Source: an uncultured Dehalococcoidaceae bacterium
GTDB taxonomy: Bacteria > Chloroflexota > Dehalococcoidia > Dehalococcoidales > RBG-16-60-22
Length of the DNA stretch: 49,984 nucleotides
Direction of reading: 5' to 3'
Assembly (NCBI GenBank): GCA_964480145.1
Contig: CAYZOI010000003.1
Location: 1-49,984 of the forward strand
Shown: piece by piece, positions 32,616 to 41,358 of the stretch
Position numbering within the stretch: position 1 is the first letter of the stretch
How the letters are laid out: the number at the start of each line of letters is the position of its first letter
Notes under the pieces: model-generated
What the model saw: only the letters and a program-made list of their open reading frames with translations
Database searches by the model: none
Told to the model about the DNA's origin: nothing
Program-made: the position numbers and the translations under genes

Positions 32616-33881
32616 CTACCATACCCATTCTACAGTTCCGCAGCGTACTCTGTCACCTGGTTTTACACCGGCTTTCTCCAGTTCCCTGACAATACCCGCC
32701 CTGGAAAGCCGATGCAGGAACTGGGCGCGCAACTCGCTCCCGTCAGCTCCCCCCATCACCACAATGCGTTCCAGCTCGGGTGCCTGGATGACAAAGGCCT
32801 CGCCTTCCCTGATTACTCTTGCGCCCCTCTCTCTGGGTTGAGGACGGAATACCTTCTTCGGCGCCTCCTTGAGAGCCGCACGGCTCGTTTCCATCTGGCC
32901 CAGCTTCTCGGCGGTGGCAGCCACCAGTTCACTCACACCCTGTCCGGTCGCCGCCGATATAAAAAATACCTCGATTCCTGCCTCCCGAAATGACTTCTCT
33001 ATCTCCTGTTGCCTGGCAGCTACCAACGACAGGTCAATTTTATTCACCGCGACAAACTGGGGTTTTTGTGCCAGTGCCGAGTCATAAAGCGCGAGCTCGT
33101 TATTCACCCGTATCATATCTTCCAGCGGCGATTCGTGGCTGCCATCAACCAGGTGGAGCAGCATTTTGGTGCGCAGGCTGTGGCGGAGAAATTCGTGTCC
33201 GAGGCCGCGCCCGAGGTGGGCATCCTCAATCAAGCCCGGTATCTCAGCCAGGACAAAGTTGTGTATCCCTACCTCCGCCGCTCCCAGAATCGGCTCCAGC
33301 GTGGTGAATGGATAGCCGGCGATTTTGGGCTTGGCTCCAGATGCCTTAGACAGCAAAGTTGACTTTCCCGCGTTGGGATAGCCGATAATGCCGACATCAG
33401 CGATGAGCCTCAATTCCAGCACAATGGCGACTTCCTCGCCGGGCTCTCCTCGCTGGGCAATGCGCGGGGCCTGATTGGTAGAGGAGGCGAATCGGGCGTT
33501 GCCCAGGCCCCCTCTTCCCCCCCTGGCCACTACCACCTGTTCCCCGGCTTCCTCCAGGTCGGCAAAAATTTCTTCGCCGGGCAGCATTGTCTTCTTGGTA
33601 ACCAGGGTCCCGGGTGGTACGGTCAGGATCAAATCGCTGCCATTCCGACCATGCTTTTTCTTGTTCCCGCCGTTCCCACCTTCCCCGGCAAGATAGCGCT
33701 TCCGGTGCTGGTATTTCCTCAGGCTAGCGCTGGCTGGCTCGACTTGGACAATCACGTTGCCTCCATTCCCACCATCACCACCATCTGGCCCCCCAAAAGG
33801 AACGAACTTTTCCCGCCTGAAGCTGATTATGCCGTCGCCGCCCACACCTGACTTCACCAGAATCTCTGCCTTATCTATCAT
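32616..33881 (-). CDS. obg: GTPase Obg/CgtA
   Basis: The Obg fold is Gly-rich: GGDGIISFRREKFVPFGGPDGGDGGNGG. G motifs are GYPNAGKST, DIPGLIE and NKID. Confidence 0.95.
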   Translation of the reverse strand: MIDKAEILVKSGVGGDGIISFRREKFVPFGGPDGGDGGNGGNVIVQVEPASASLRKYQHRKRYLAGEGGNGGNKKKHGRNGSDLILTVPPGTLVTKKTMLPGEEIFADLEEAGEQVVVARGGRGGLGNARFASSTNQAPRIAQRGEPGEEVAIVLELRLIADVGIIGYPNAGKSTLLSKASGAKPKIAGYPFTTLEPILGAAEVGIHNFVLAEIPGLIEDAHLGRGLGHEFLRHSLRTKMLLHLVDGSHESPLEDMIRVNNELALYDSALAQKPQFVAVNKIDLSLVAARQQEIEKSFREAGIEVFFISAATGQGVSELVAATAEKLGQMETSRAALKEAPKKVFRPQPRERGARVIREGEAFVIQAPELERIVVMGGADGSELRAQFLHRLSRAGIVRELEKAGVKPGDRVRCGTVEWVW

Positions 33882-33884
33882 TTA

Positions 33885-34158
33885 TATATATAAACCCCAA
33901 ACTGATTAATGCTTACTACTTTGATTAATAGCATATAACATTCTATCCAGTATATGAGAATTTAATAATAATTGTAATAATAACCATCAGGTATTTTTGG
34001 AAAGGATATCAGCTCGTGTTTAAGTTATAAAAAATGATGATAAAAAATAATCAATAAATATTCAAAAAGAAGACAAAGGCAAAGCAATCGCGCAAAGATT
34101 GTTTGAACGGCGAGGGTTGTAATCGACATGGAGAGGTTTCATTTGTCTTATGTTTTGT
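33885..34158. other. strongly AT-rich intergenic region downstream of dnaA (candidate DNA-unwinding element or part of oriC)
   Basis: Three hand-counted 60-nt lines (33901-34080) have 20-27% G+C, against about 55% in flanking genes. I found only degenerate DnaA-box-like words (for example TCTATCCAG). Confidence 0.35.
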
Positions 34159-35499
34159 TTAAGAGTTGAGAATTCTTTTAATGTCCGCGAGCTTCCGTTT
34201 GATGGGTTTGTTATGAACTAATTCCGCAGCGAGTTTTTTTGAGCCGGCGGTTACGGAAGAGGGGTCCCTGCCACCGAGAAGAGTGCCTATCTGGGCGAGT
34301 GAGCAACCGTTCTCCTGGCGAAGGAGATACATGGCAACCCGTCGGGCCAGCGATGTTTCTTTATCTCTCCGGCGGCCTTTCAAATCCTCAGGTTTCAGGT
34401 TGAAGCCCTGGGCAACGGCATCTATGACCCGGCTGTGCGCGCTCGAATCAGTCGCCCTTTCCCTGCTTCCGATGTTTACCACTGCCCTCGCGGCCAGGTC
34501 CAGGGTCGGTGGTGAATTGAATAACTTGGCAAAAGCGGTGACACGGTTCAATAATCCTTCCAGCTCTCTTATGTTTTGCTGGCCCTGCTTGGCGATGAAC
34601 TCAAGCACATCATCGTCGATATTCATTTCTCTCTTCCTGGCTTTTGCCTGTAATATGGCCTGGCGGGTCTCCTGGTCCGGGGACTGAACATCAGCCACCA
34701 GCCCGCTCTCGAAGCGAGAGCGCAGCCTTTTATCCAGGAGGGCGGTGGCTTTGGGTGGCTGGTCGCTGGTGAAGACCATCTGCCGGTTGGCGTTAAAGAG
34801 GGAGTTAAAGGTATGGAAAAAACTCTCCTCGGTCTGCTTTTTGCCACCGATGAAATGGATGTCATCAATTAGAAGCATGCCGGCGTGGCGATATTTCCGA
34901 TTAAAGTCGTCGACTTTATTCTGGCGGACGGCGCTGACGAATTCACTGGTAAACTGCTCCGCGCTGACACAGATGACCTGGATATGCCTGGCCTGTGCTA
35001 ATTGCCCGATAGCATGCAGGAGATGGGTTTTACCCAGCCCCACCGCCCCGCAAATATAGAGGGGATTGTAAACTTTGCCCGGGTTCATGGCGACGCTATG
35101 GGCTGCGGCATAGGCAAGCTGATTGCCATTGCCGACGACGAAGCTATCAAAAGCGTAATTTGGATTAAACTGGTTGGGGTCTGATAGCGTGGGGGCTAGA
35201 AGGGCCGGGCCCGCCGAGTGTCCGTTCGACGAATGGTTGTTTCTGCCGTTTACCTGAAAAGAAACCCGCATCTCTGGGGAGGAGGTGAGGTGGATGAGGG
35301 TTTTTTCAATTAAGGAACGCTGGTTCCGGTCGAGGTATTCGGCGATAAAAGTATTGGGTACGCTGATGACAAAGCGGTTACCCTGGTAATCCAGTCCTTC
35401 CGTTTTTTTCAGCCAGGTCCGGTAATTTGACCTGCTGACCTGCACCTGCAATTCGCCCAGGGCTGCGCTCCAAATTTCTCTTGCTGACTTTGTTTCCAT
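34159..35499 (-). CDS. dnaA: chromosomal replication initiator protein DnaA
   Basis: N-terminal WLK-type domain, AAA+ Walker A GAVGLGKTHLLHAIG, LLIDDIHFIGGK, and the C-terminal DNA-binding helix (ARRVAMYLLRQ...SLAQIG). Confidence 0.95.
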   Translation of the reverse strand: METKSAREIWSAALGELQVQVSRSNYRTWLKKTEGLDYQGNRFVISVPNTFIAEYLDRNQRSLIEKTLIHLTSSPEMRVSFQVNGRNNHSSNGHSAGPALLAPTLSDPNQFNPNYAFDSFVVGNGNQLAYAAAHSVAMNPGKVYNPLYICGAVGLGKTHLLHAIGQLAQARHIQVICVSAEQFTSEFVSAVRQNKVDDFNRKYRHAGMLLIDDIHFIGGKKQTEESFFHTFNSLFNANRQMVFTSDQPPKATALLDKRLRSRFESGLVADVQSPDQETRQAILQAKARKREMNIDDDVLEFIAKQGQQNIRELEGLLNRVTAFAKLFNSPPTLDLAARAVVNIGSRERATDSSAHSRVIDAVAQGFNLKPEDLKGRRRDKETSLARRVAMYLLRQENGCSLAQIGTLLGGRDPSSVTAGSKKLAAELVHNKPIKRKLADIKRILNS

Positions 35500-35834
35500 T
35501 AATTAATTCAGAAAAGCGTAAAAATTTTATCTAATACAGCTTGTCAATTCCTTTATTCAGGATTCAGCCCCCTTTTTTTGGGCAAAAAATACCCCTTAGC
35601 AAAAAATAGATATCAGAAGCTTTTATCAGGGTAGTCGCCTGCTGGAAGGTTGCTTATTTATAAAAACAAACGTTTAATAGAATACTACCGCGCCCTTTTT
35701 CTGGCAAGGGTTTTGCTGGTAATCGCTGGGCATTATCGAACCCCAACAAGCCTTACCAAGTTGTCCAAGCTCTCTCTTTTGCCCGATTTTGCAATCGTAA
35801 ATACAAAAAATAAAGTTGTTGTAAAAAATTAACA
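35500..35834. promoter_or_regulatory. dnaA upstream region, candidate oriC/dnaA promoter
   Basis: AT-rich 335-nt gap at the point where gene orientation switches from minus (left) to plus (right). It holds several 6/9 DnaA-box-like words (TTATCTAAT, TTATCGAAC, TTGTCCAAG) and a 10-nt direct repeat GCAAAAAATA at 35582-35591 and 35599-35608. Confidence 0.4.
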
Positions 35835-36803
35835 ATGTTAAAATTTAAAATAATGAGAGCTGATTTGCGTGTGCTTTTCATGGGTACCCCGGAGTTTGCT
35901 GTCCCCCCTCTAGAAAAGCTTGTTCAGGAGCCTTGTCTGGTGGTGGCGGTTTATACCCGGCCGGACAAACCGGGCGGAAGGGGTCGCTCACTTATAATGT
36001 CGCCGGTGAAGATGGCGGCGCGGCGTCTGGTTTTGCCGGTGGTTCAGCCGGACAGTTTAAAGGGAAGTGAGGCCGTGGCACAGCTTGCCGGCTTTCAGCC
36101 GGAGGTGATTGTGGTGGCGGCATACGGGCAGATACTACCCCAGCCAGTTCTGGACCTTCCGCGCTACGGGTGCCTGAACATTCATCCTTCGCTGCTGCCC
36201 AGGCACAGAGGGGCATCGCCGGTGTCGGCAGCGATACTTGCCGGCGACGCAGGTACTGGCGTTTCTATCATGCTGATGGACAGCGGCCTGGATACCGGGC
36301 CAATCCTTGCGCAGGAAAAGGCGGCGATATCGCCGCAGGATACGACGGGCTCGCTGTCGGGCAAGCTCTCTGATATGGTGGCACAGATGCTTCCCGACGT
36401 GCTTGACCGCTGGGTGAAGGGTGAAATTACCCCTCGACCACAGGATGAGGCGGAGGCCACCTATTCCGCCGCAATCAAAAAGGAGGCGGGCGAAATTGAC
36501 TGGCAACTCCCGGCGGCTGATATCTGGCAGCGCGTCCGCGCCTTCCAGCCCTGGCCGGGAGCATATACCAGCCGGGGTGGCAAACGACTTGAAATCGTTG
36601 AGGCCGTGGCTCTGCCGGAGGAAGGAGAACACAGGGTGGGTGAGGTAGTGGCATTGAAACAGGAGGGAGTTCCCTTTGGCGTCAGCACAGGAGACGGCAT
36701 TCTCGGCATAGTCAAAGTGCAGCTGCAGGGGAAACGGGCCTTGCCCGCCGTTGATTTTCTGAGAGGGCAGCGGCAGTTAATCGGAGCGTTGCTGCCGGAT
36801 TAG
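35835..36803 (+). CDS. fmt: methionyl-tRNA formyltransferase
   Basis: FMGTPEFAVPPL, NIHPSLLPRHRGASP and the C-terminal PUA-like domain. The start could instead be ATG 35853. Confidence 0.9.
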   Translation: MLKFKIMRADLRVLFMGTPEFAVPPLEKLVQEPCLVVAVYTRPDKPGGRGRSLIMSPVKMAARRLVLPVVQPDSLKGSEAVAQLAGFQPEVIVVAAYGQILPQPVLDLPRYGCLNIHPSLLPRHRGASPVSAAILAGDAGTGVSIMLMDSGLDTGPILAQEKAAISPQDTTGSLSGKLSDMVAQMLPDVLDRWVKGEITPRPQDEAEATYSAAIKKEAGEIDWQLPAADIWQRVRAFQPWPGAYTSRGGKRLEIVEAVALPEEGEHRVGEVVALKQEGVPFGVSTGDGILGIVKVQLQGKRALPAVDFLRGQRQLIGALLPD

Positions 36804-36823
36804 GTATCGAGGAGAAGTTAGCT

Positions 36824-37603
36824 TTGCAAAACAACCTTGATAAGTTTGAAACACTGGTTGAAATTATCGCCCGCCTGCGGGGCCCGGGAGGCTGTCCCTG
36901 GGACCGGGAGCAGACCCATGCCTCGCTGCGGGAAGCCCTGCTTGAGGAGTGCTACGAAGTTCTGGAAGCACTTGATGAGAAGAGCAGCCGGAAGCTTTCC
37001 GAGGAACTGGGCGACCTGCTGATGCAGATTGTCTTCCACGCGCAGCTCGCCGCCGAATCGGGCGAATTTAAGCTGAGTGACGTAATCCAGAAAATCAATG
37101 GAAAGCTCATTCAGCGGCACCCCCACGTCTTCGGGTCGGTACGGGTAAAAGATTCCGGTGAAGCGCTGGTCAACTGGGAGGCATTGAAGAAAAAGGAAAA
37201 AGGGGCAAATGCCTCATTGCTGGACAATGTCCCGAAAAAACTGCCGTCGCTGAGCTACAGCCAGGAAATCCAGGGCCGGGCAGCCCGAACCGGCTTTGAC
37301 TGGGAGAACATGGAAGGCGTCATTGACAAGCTGGCGGAAGAAGTTGATGAGCTGAAACGGGCAGAAAACCAGCAGGAAAAAGAGCACGAGTTTGGCGACC
37401 TGCTCTTCACGCTGGTCAACTTCGCGCGCTGGCTGGAGGTGGATCCAGAGTCGGCGCTGCGGGAAACAAACCAGCGGTTTTACCGGCGTTTTACCAGTAT
37501 GGAGGCAGCCTGCCGCAAGCGCGGCGTGAGCCTGGCCGATTTGTCCTTTGACGAGCAGAACGAGCTGTGGGAGGAAGCGAAGCGAGCCGTTGCTGATAAA
37601 TAA
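36824..37603 (+). CDS. mazG: nucleoside triphosphate pyrophosphohydrolase MazG
   Basis: LRGPGGCPWDREQTHASL and two EExxE/EELGDLL MazG repeats. TTG start. Confidence 0.9.
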   Translation: MQNNLDKFETLVEIIARLRGPGGCPWDREQTHASLREALLEECYEVLEALDEKSSRKLSEELGDLLMQIVFHAQLAAESGEFKLSDVIQKINGKLIQRHPHVFGSVRVKDSGEALVNWEALKKKEKGANASLLDNVPKKLPSLSYSQEIQGRAARTGFDWENMEGVIDKLAEEVDELKRAENQQEKEHEFGDLLFTLVNFARWLEVDPESALRETNQRFYRRFTSMEAACRKRGVSLADLSFDEQNELWEEAKRAVADK

Positions 37604-37606
37604 AAA

Positions 37607-37684
<78 letters not shown>

Positions 37685-37692
37685 ACAGCACT

Positions 37693-37722
37693 ATTATAGA
37701 CTGATTTTACCGGTTCTAGCAA
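37693..37722 (-). promoter_or_regulatory. candidate promoter of tRNA-Pro
   Basis: On the minus strand: TTGCTA (37717-37722), 18-nt spacer, TATAAT (37693-37698). The tRNA 5' end lies 8 nt downstream of the -10. Confidence 0.5.
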
Positions 37723-37731
37723 GGAGAGCAG

Positions 37732-38925
37732 ATGAAATACGTTGTTTTAATCATGGACGGCGCCTCCGGCTATCCTATACCGGAGCGTGATGGCAAGACC
37801 TCTCTGGAGCTGGCAGAAACTCCCAATCTGGACGCGCTGGCCAAAGAGGGCACCCTGGGGCTGGCCCGCACCGTGCCGCCCGGGATGGAGGCGAGCAGCG
37901 CCTGCGCCTGCATGTCGGTGCTGGGCTATGACCCTGAAATATATTACAAAGGCCGGGCGGGCATTGAAGCGCGGAGCATGGGCATACCCATCGGCGACGG
38001 GGAGGTCGTCTTCCGCTGCAACCTGGTGGCGGTTAAAGATGGCCGGATGTGGAGCTACAGTTCCGGCTACATCAGCACCGAGGAAGCCCACGACCTGATT
38101 GATGCACTGAATAAGACCCTCGGCAGCGACGAGGTGCAGTTCCATCCCGGCGTCAGCTACCGGCATATCTGCAAAATAAAGGGGCATGAAGAGACGCTCC
38201 GGGCCGAGTGCACATCGCCGCACGATATCCCCGGTAAAGAAATCGGCGAATTCCTGCCCCGTGGACAGGGAAGCGAGATACTGCGTGACCTGATGGCACG
38301 TTCGGAGGCAGTTCTGGCAAAACACGCGGTGAACCGGGAGCGGATAGCCCGGGGAGCCATACCGGCCACCATGCTCTGGCTGTTCTGGGGGAGCAGCCGG
38401 CTGCCGGATATGCCGTCTTTTCAGGGCAGGTACGGCCTCAGAGCGGCCATGACATCGGGAGTTGATTTGCTCAACGGGCTGGCACAGCTTGCCGGGATGG
38501 AGGTGCTGGAAATACCCGGGGTGGCCGATAACCTAGACAACGATTACGCAGCGCAGGCGAAGGGCGCCGTTGCGGCGCTGTCGGCGCATGACCTGGTGGT
38601 GGTTCACATCGAAGCGCCGGACGAGGCAGCTCACGACCGCGCCATAGATGCCAAAATCGATGCCATTCAGAGAATTGACGGCGAGGTGGTAAGTCGGCTG
38701 CGTTCCTTTCCGGGCGATATCCGCCTTCTGGTTATGCCCGACCACCCCACCCCCATTACGCTGCAGACCCACACCGATGAACCGGTGCCCTTTCTCATCT
38801 GGGAAAAAGGGGTGACGCCAAATGGCGCCGGCAGGTTCACCGAGGCGGAAGCTAAAGGAACTGGCCTTTCCCTGGAGAAAGGGTATAAAATAATGGAAAG
38901 ATTCATTCAGAAGGAAGATTGCTAG
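37732..38925 (+). CDS. cofactor-independent phosphoglycerate mutase homolog (archaeal ApgM type / proposed alternative homoserine kinase family)
   Basis: MKYVVLIMDGASGYP...ETPNLDALA, MEASSACACMSVLGYDP, VHIEAPDEAAHD and MPDHPTP are alkaline-phosphatase-superfamily ApgM motifs. Confidence 0.8.
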   Translation: MKYVVLIMDGASGYPIPERDGKTSLELAETPNLDALAKEGTLGLARTVPPGMEASSACACMSVLGYDPEIYYKGRAGIEARSMGIPIGDGEVVFRCNLVAVKDGRMWSYSSGYISTEEAHDLIDALNKTLGSDEVQFHPGVSYRHICKIKGHEETLRAECTSPHDIPGKEIGEFLPRGQGSEILRDLMARSEAVLAKHAVNRERIARGAIPATMLWLFWGSSRLPDMPSFQGRYGLRAAMTSGVDLLNGLAQLAGMEVLEIPGVADNLDNDYAAQAKGAVAALSAHDLVVVHIEAPDEAAHDRAIDAKIDAIQRIDGEVVSRLRSFPGDIRLLVMPDHPTPITLQTHTDEPVPFLIWEKGVTPNGAGRFTEAEAKGTGLSLEKGYKIMERFIQKEDC

Positions 38926-40143
38926 ATGTCTTTAATCGTGCAGAAATACGGTGGTACATCGGTCGCCGACGCCGGGCGCATCAAGAACGTGGCCAGGCGC
39001 ATTGCCCGCACCAAAGACGAGGGCAACCAGGTGGTGGTGGTCGCCTCGGCGATGGGGTCTACCACCGATGAGTTGATAAAGCTGGCCGACCAGCTCTCGG
39101 AAAAGCCGAATAGCCGCGAGATGGATGTCCTGCTCTCCACCGGGGAGGTGGTTACCACCACCCTGCTGGCCATGGCGCTGCACAGCATGGGCTATCCGGC
39201 CATCAGCCTCAGCGGCGCGCAGGCGGGAATTCGCACCGATGCCGCTTACAGCCGGGCGCGCATCCTTAAAATCGAGCCCAAGCGGGTGGTCAGAGAGCTG
39301 GGGAAGGGCAATATCGTCATCGTGGCCGGCTTTCAGGGCATCACCGAGGACATGGATATCACCACGCTGGGGAGGGGTGGCTCGGATACCACCGCCGTCG
39401 CTCTGGCGGCCGGCCTGGGGGCAAAGGAATGCCAGATTTACACCGATGTAGAAGGGGTATACAACGTTGACCCTCGTCTGGTTCCAGAAGCGAAGCCTCT
39501 TGGTGAGATACATTACGAAGAGATGCTGGAGCTGGCGACCTATGGGGCGAAAGTGATGCACCCGCGGGCGGTGGAGCTCGGGGAGCTGTTCAATATCCCC
39601 ATCCTGGTCGCTTCCAGCTTCAACGAAAATCCAGGGACTTTAATACACGGAGGGGTAGCAATGGAAGTTCGGAATAAGGTCAGAAGTATCGCCCATAACC
39701 TTAACATAGGCAAGATAACCGTGGTCGGTGTCCCGGACCGCCCCGGAATTGCCGCCAGCATTTTCGACCCCCTCGCCAAAGCGGGAATCAGCGTGGATAC
39801 CATTGTGCAGAACGCCAGCATTCAGGGCATCACTGACCTGACTTTTACCGTGTTCAAAAGCGACCTTGCCCGGGCGATGGAAGTGGTCAAGCCGATTGCC
39901 ACGCAGATTGGCTCAAGGGAGTGTGCCAGCGATGACACGCTTGGCGCGGTGAGCATCATCGGTACCGGGATGCAGAATACCCCCGGCTTTGCGGCGCGAA
40001 TGTTCAACACCCTCAGCGAGAAAAAGATTAATATACAGCTGATTACGACCTCGGAAATACGGATAACCTGTATCATTAACGCTGACCAGGTCAAAGAAGC
40101 CGTGCGCGTCCTGCACCGGGCGTTTGAAATTGAAGAAGAATAG
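38926..40143 (+). CDS. lysC: aspartate kinase (monofunctional, two C-terminal ACT domains)
   Basis: IVQKYGGTSV, VVVASAMGSTTDEL, TLGRGGSDTTAVALA and the ACT region (ISIIGTGM...NIQLITTSE). Confidence 0.95.
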   Translation: MSLIVQKYGGTSVADAGRIKNVARRIARTKDEGNQVVVVASAMGSTTDELIKLADQLSEKPNSREMDVLLSTGEVVTTTLLAMALHSMGYPAISLSGAQAGIRTDAAYSRARILKIEPKRVVRELGKGNIVIVAGFQGITEDMDITTLGRGGSDTTAVALAAGLGAKECQIYTDVEGVYNVDPRLVPEAKPLGEIHYEEMLELATYGAKVMHPRAVELGELFNIPILVASSFNENPGTLIHGGVAMEVRNKVRSIAHNLNIGKITVVGVPDRPGIAASIFDPLAKAGISVDTIVQNASIQGITDLTFTVFKSDLARAMEVVKPIATQIGSRECASDDTLGAVSIIGTGMQNTPGFAARMFNTLSEKKINIQLITTSEIRITCIINADQVKEAVRVLHRAFEIEEE

Positions 40144-40160
40144 GCGGTTGCCCGGCTACA

Positions 40161-40382
40161 CTAAACCGATACCACTTCCTTTACTTCCGGTATCTGCTCT
40201 TTCAGGATTTTCTCAATTCCCATCTTGAGCGTCATGGTGGACATCGGGCAACCAGCGCAGGCACCGGTCAATCTGACCTTCACGGTGCCGTCATTGACTT
40301 CAACCAGTTCCACATCCCCGCCGTCCCCCTGTAGCTGGGGACGAATCTGGTCCAGTATCTCGGTAACTTTATCCTGCATCAT
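40161..40382 (-). CDS. NifU-like (Nfu C-terminal domain) Fe-S cluster carrier
   Basis: 73 aa. IRPQLQGDGGDVELVEV..GTVKVRLTGACAGCPMSTMTL is the classic Nfu CxxC domain. Confidence 0.85.
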   Translation of the reverse strand: MMQDKVTEILDQIRPQLQGDGGDVELVEVNDGTVKVRLTGACAGCPMSTMTLKMGIEKILKEQIPEVKEVVSV

Positions 40383-40526
40383 AAAACTCCTGTAAAAATT
40401 GCTCTATTTATTATTTTATCTGCTGCAAAAGTCATTAGTCAAATAAATACAAAATCCTCTTGTTAAGTTGGCCCGTTTAATGTAGAATATAATGCTTACA
40501 ATGGGGCGTTTTGTGGGGGAGATTTG

Positions 40527-41345
40527 ATGACGTACCAGGAAGAAAGGCTGGCGAGCCTGAAACGGCAGCGCACCAAGCTGGCAATCGACCTGGCGATGCA
40601 GGGTCGTTGGCGGGAGGCAATCGCCGCCAACAGGGCAATACTGGAGGACTTTCCCAGTGATGTGGACGCCTGGAATCGTCTGGGCCGTGCTCATATGGAA
40701 CTGGGCGAGTACCAGCCGTCGAGGGAAGCCTACCGCCGCACCGCTGAGCTTGACCCTTTCAATACCATTGCCAGGAAGAATCTGCAGCGCCTGACCTATC
40801 TCGGTGAGGCAAAGGTCACCGCCGAGAGCACGGCGCGGAAAGTTGAGCCGCACTGGTTCATTGAGGATATCGGTAAAGCCGGGGTGGTAAACCTCTACCA
40901 CCTGGCGCCAACGCAGGTACGCGCCCGCCTCGTTGCCGGCGACGAGTTGTTTCTCAAAACAAACGGTACCCGTCTGGTTGTTGAGGATGACCTCGGGCAG
41001 TATGCAGGGCATGTTGACCCGAAACACGGGCAGCGCTTAGTCAAGCTAATGGCGGGAGGTAATAAATATTCGGTAGCCGTGGTGAGCTCTACCGAAGAAG
41101 CGATGACCGTCATCATCCGCGAGGTCTATCAGGATTCGAGCCAGATAGGGAAGCAGTCCTTTCCCTCCAAAGGTGTGGAGGAAATCAAGCCTCATGTTGA
41201 CGAAAAGGTATTTAAGATGGAGTCCGAAATTGAGGAAATATTACCGGAGGAATCTGGTTATACCATCATCGGCGGCGACGAAATAGAAGTGTTACCAGAG
41301 GAGTCTACTGGTATCAGTGACGAATCTGCCAGCGAAGAAGAATAG
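40527..41345 (+). CDS. TPR-repeat protein with an acidic C-terminal tail
   Basis: TPR-like helices (GRWREAIAANRAILEDFPSDVDAWNRLGRAHMELGEYQPSREAYRRTAELDP). The C-terminus is rich in E/D (ISDESASEEE). No enzymatic motif. Confidence 0.6.
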   Translation: MTYQEERLASLKRQRTKLAIDLAMQGRWREAIAANRAILEDFPSDVDAWNRLGRAHMELGEYQPSREAYRRTAELDPFNTIARKNLQRLTYLGEAKVTAESTARKVEPHWFIEDIGKAGVVNLYHLAPTQVRARLVAGDELFLKTNGTRLVVEDDLGQYAGHVDPKHGQRLVKLMAGGNKYSVAVVSSTEEAMTVIIREVYQDSSQIGKQSFPSKGVEEIKPHVDEKVFKMESEIEEILPEESGYTIIGGDEIEVLPEESTGISDESASEEE

Positions 41346-41358
41346 GGGGATATAGCGC

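Noticed and set aside
35650-35832. 60-aa ORF in the dnaA upstream gap
   Set aside because: It has AT-rich, low-complexity translation, no RBS and a TTG start. It lies inside the candidate origin/promoter region, so it is most likely non-coding.
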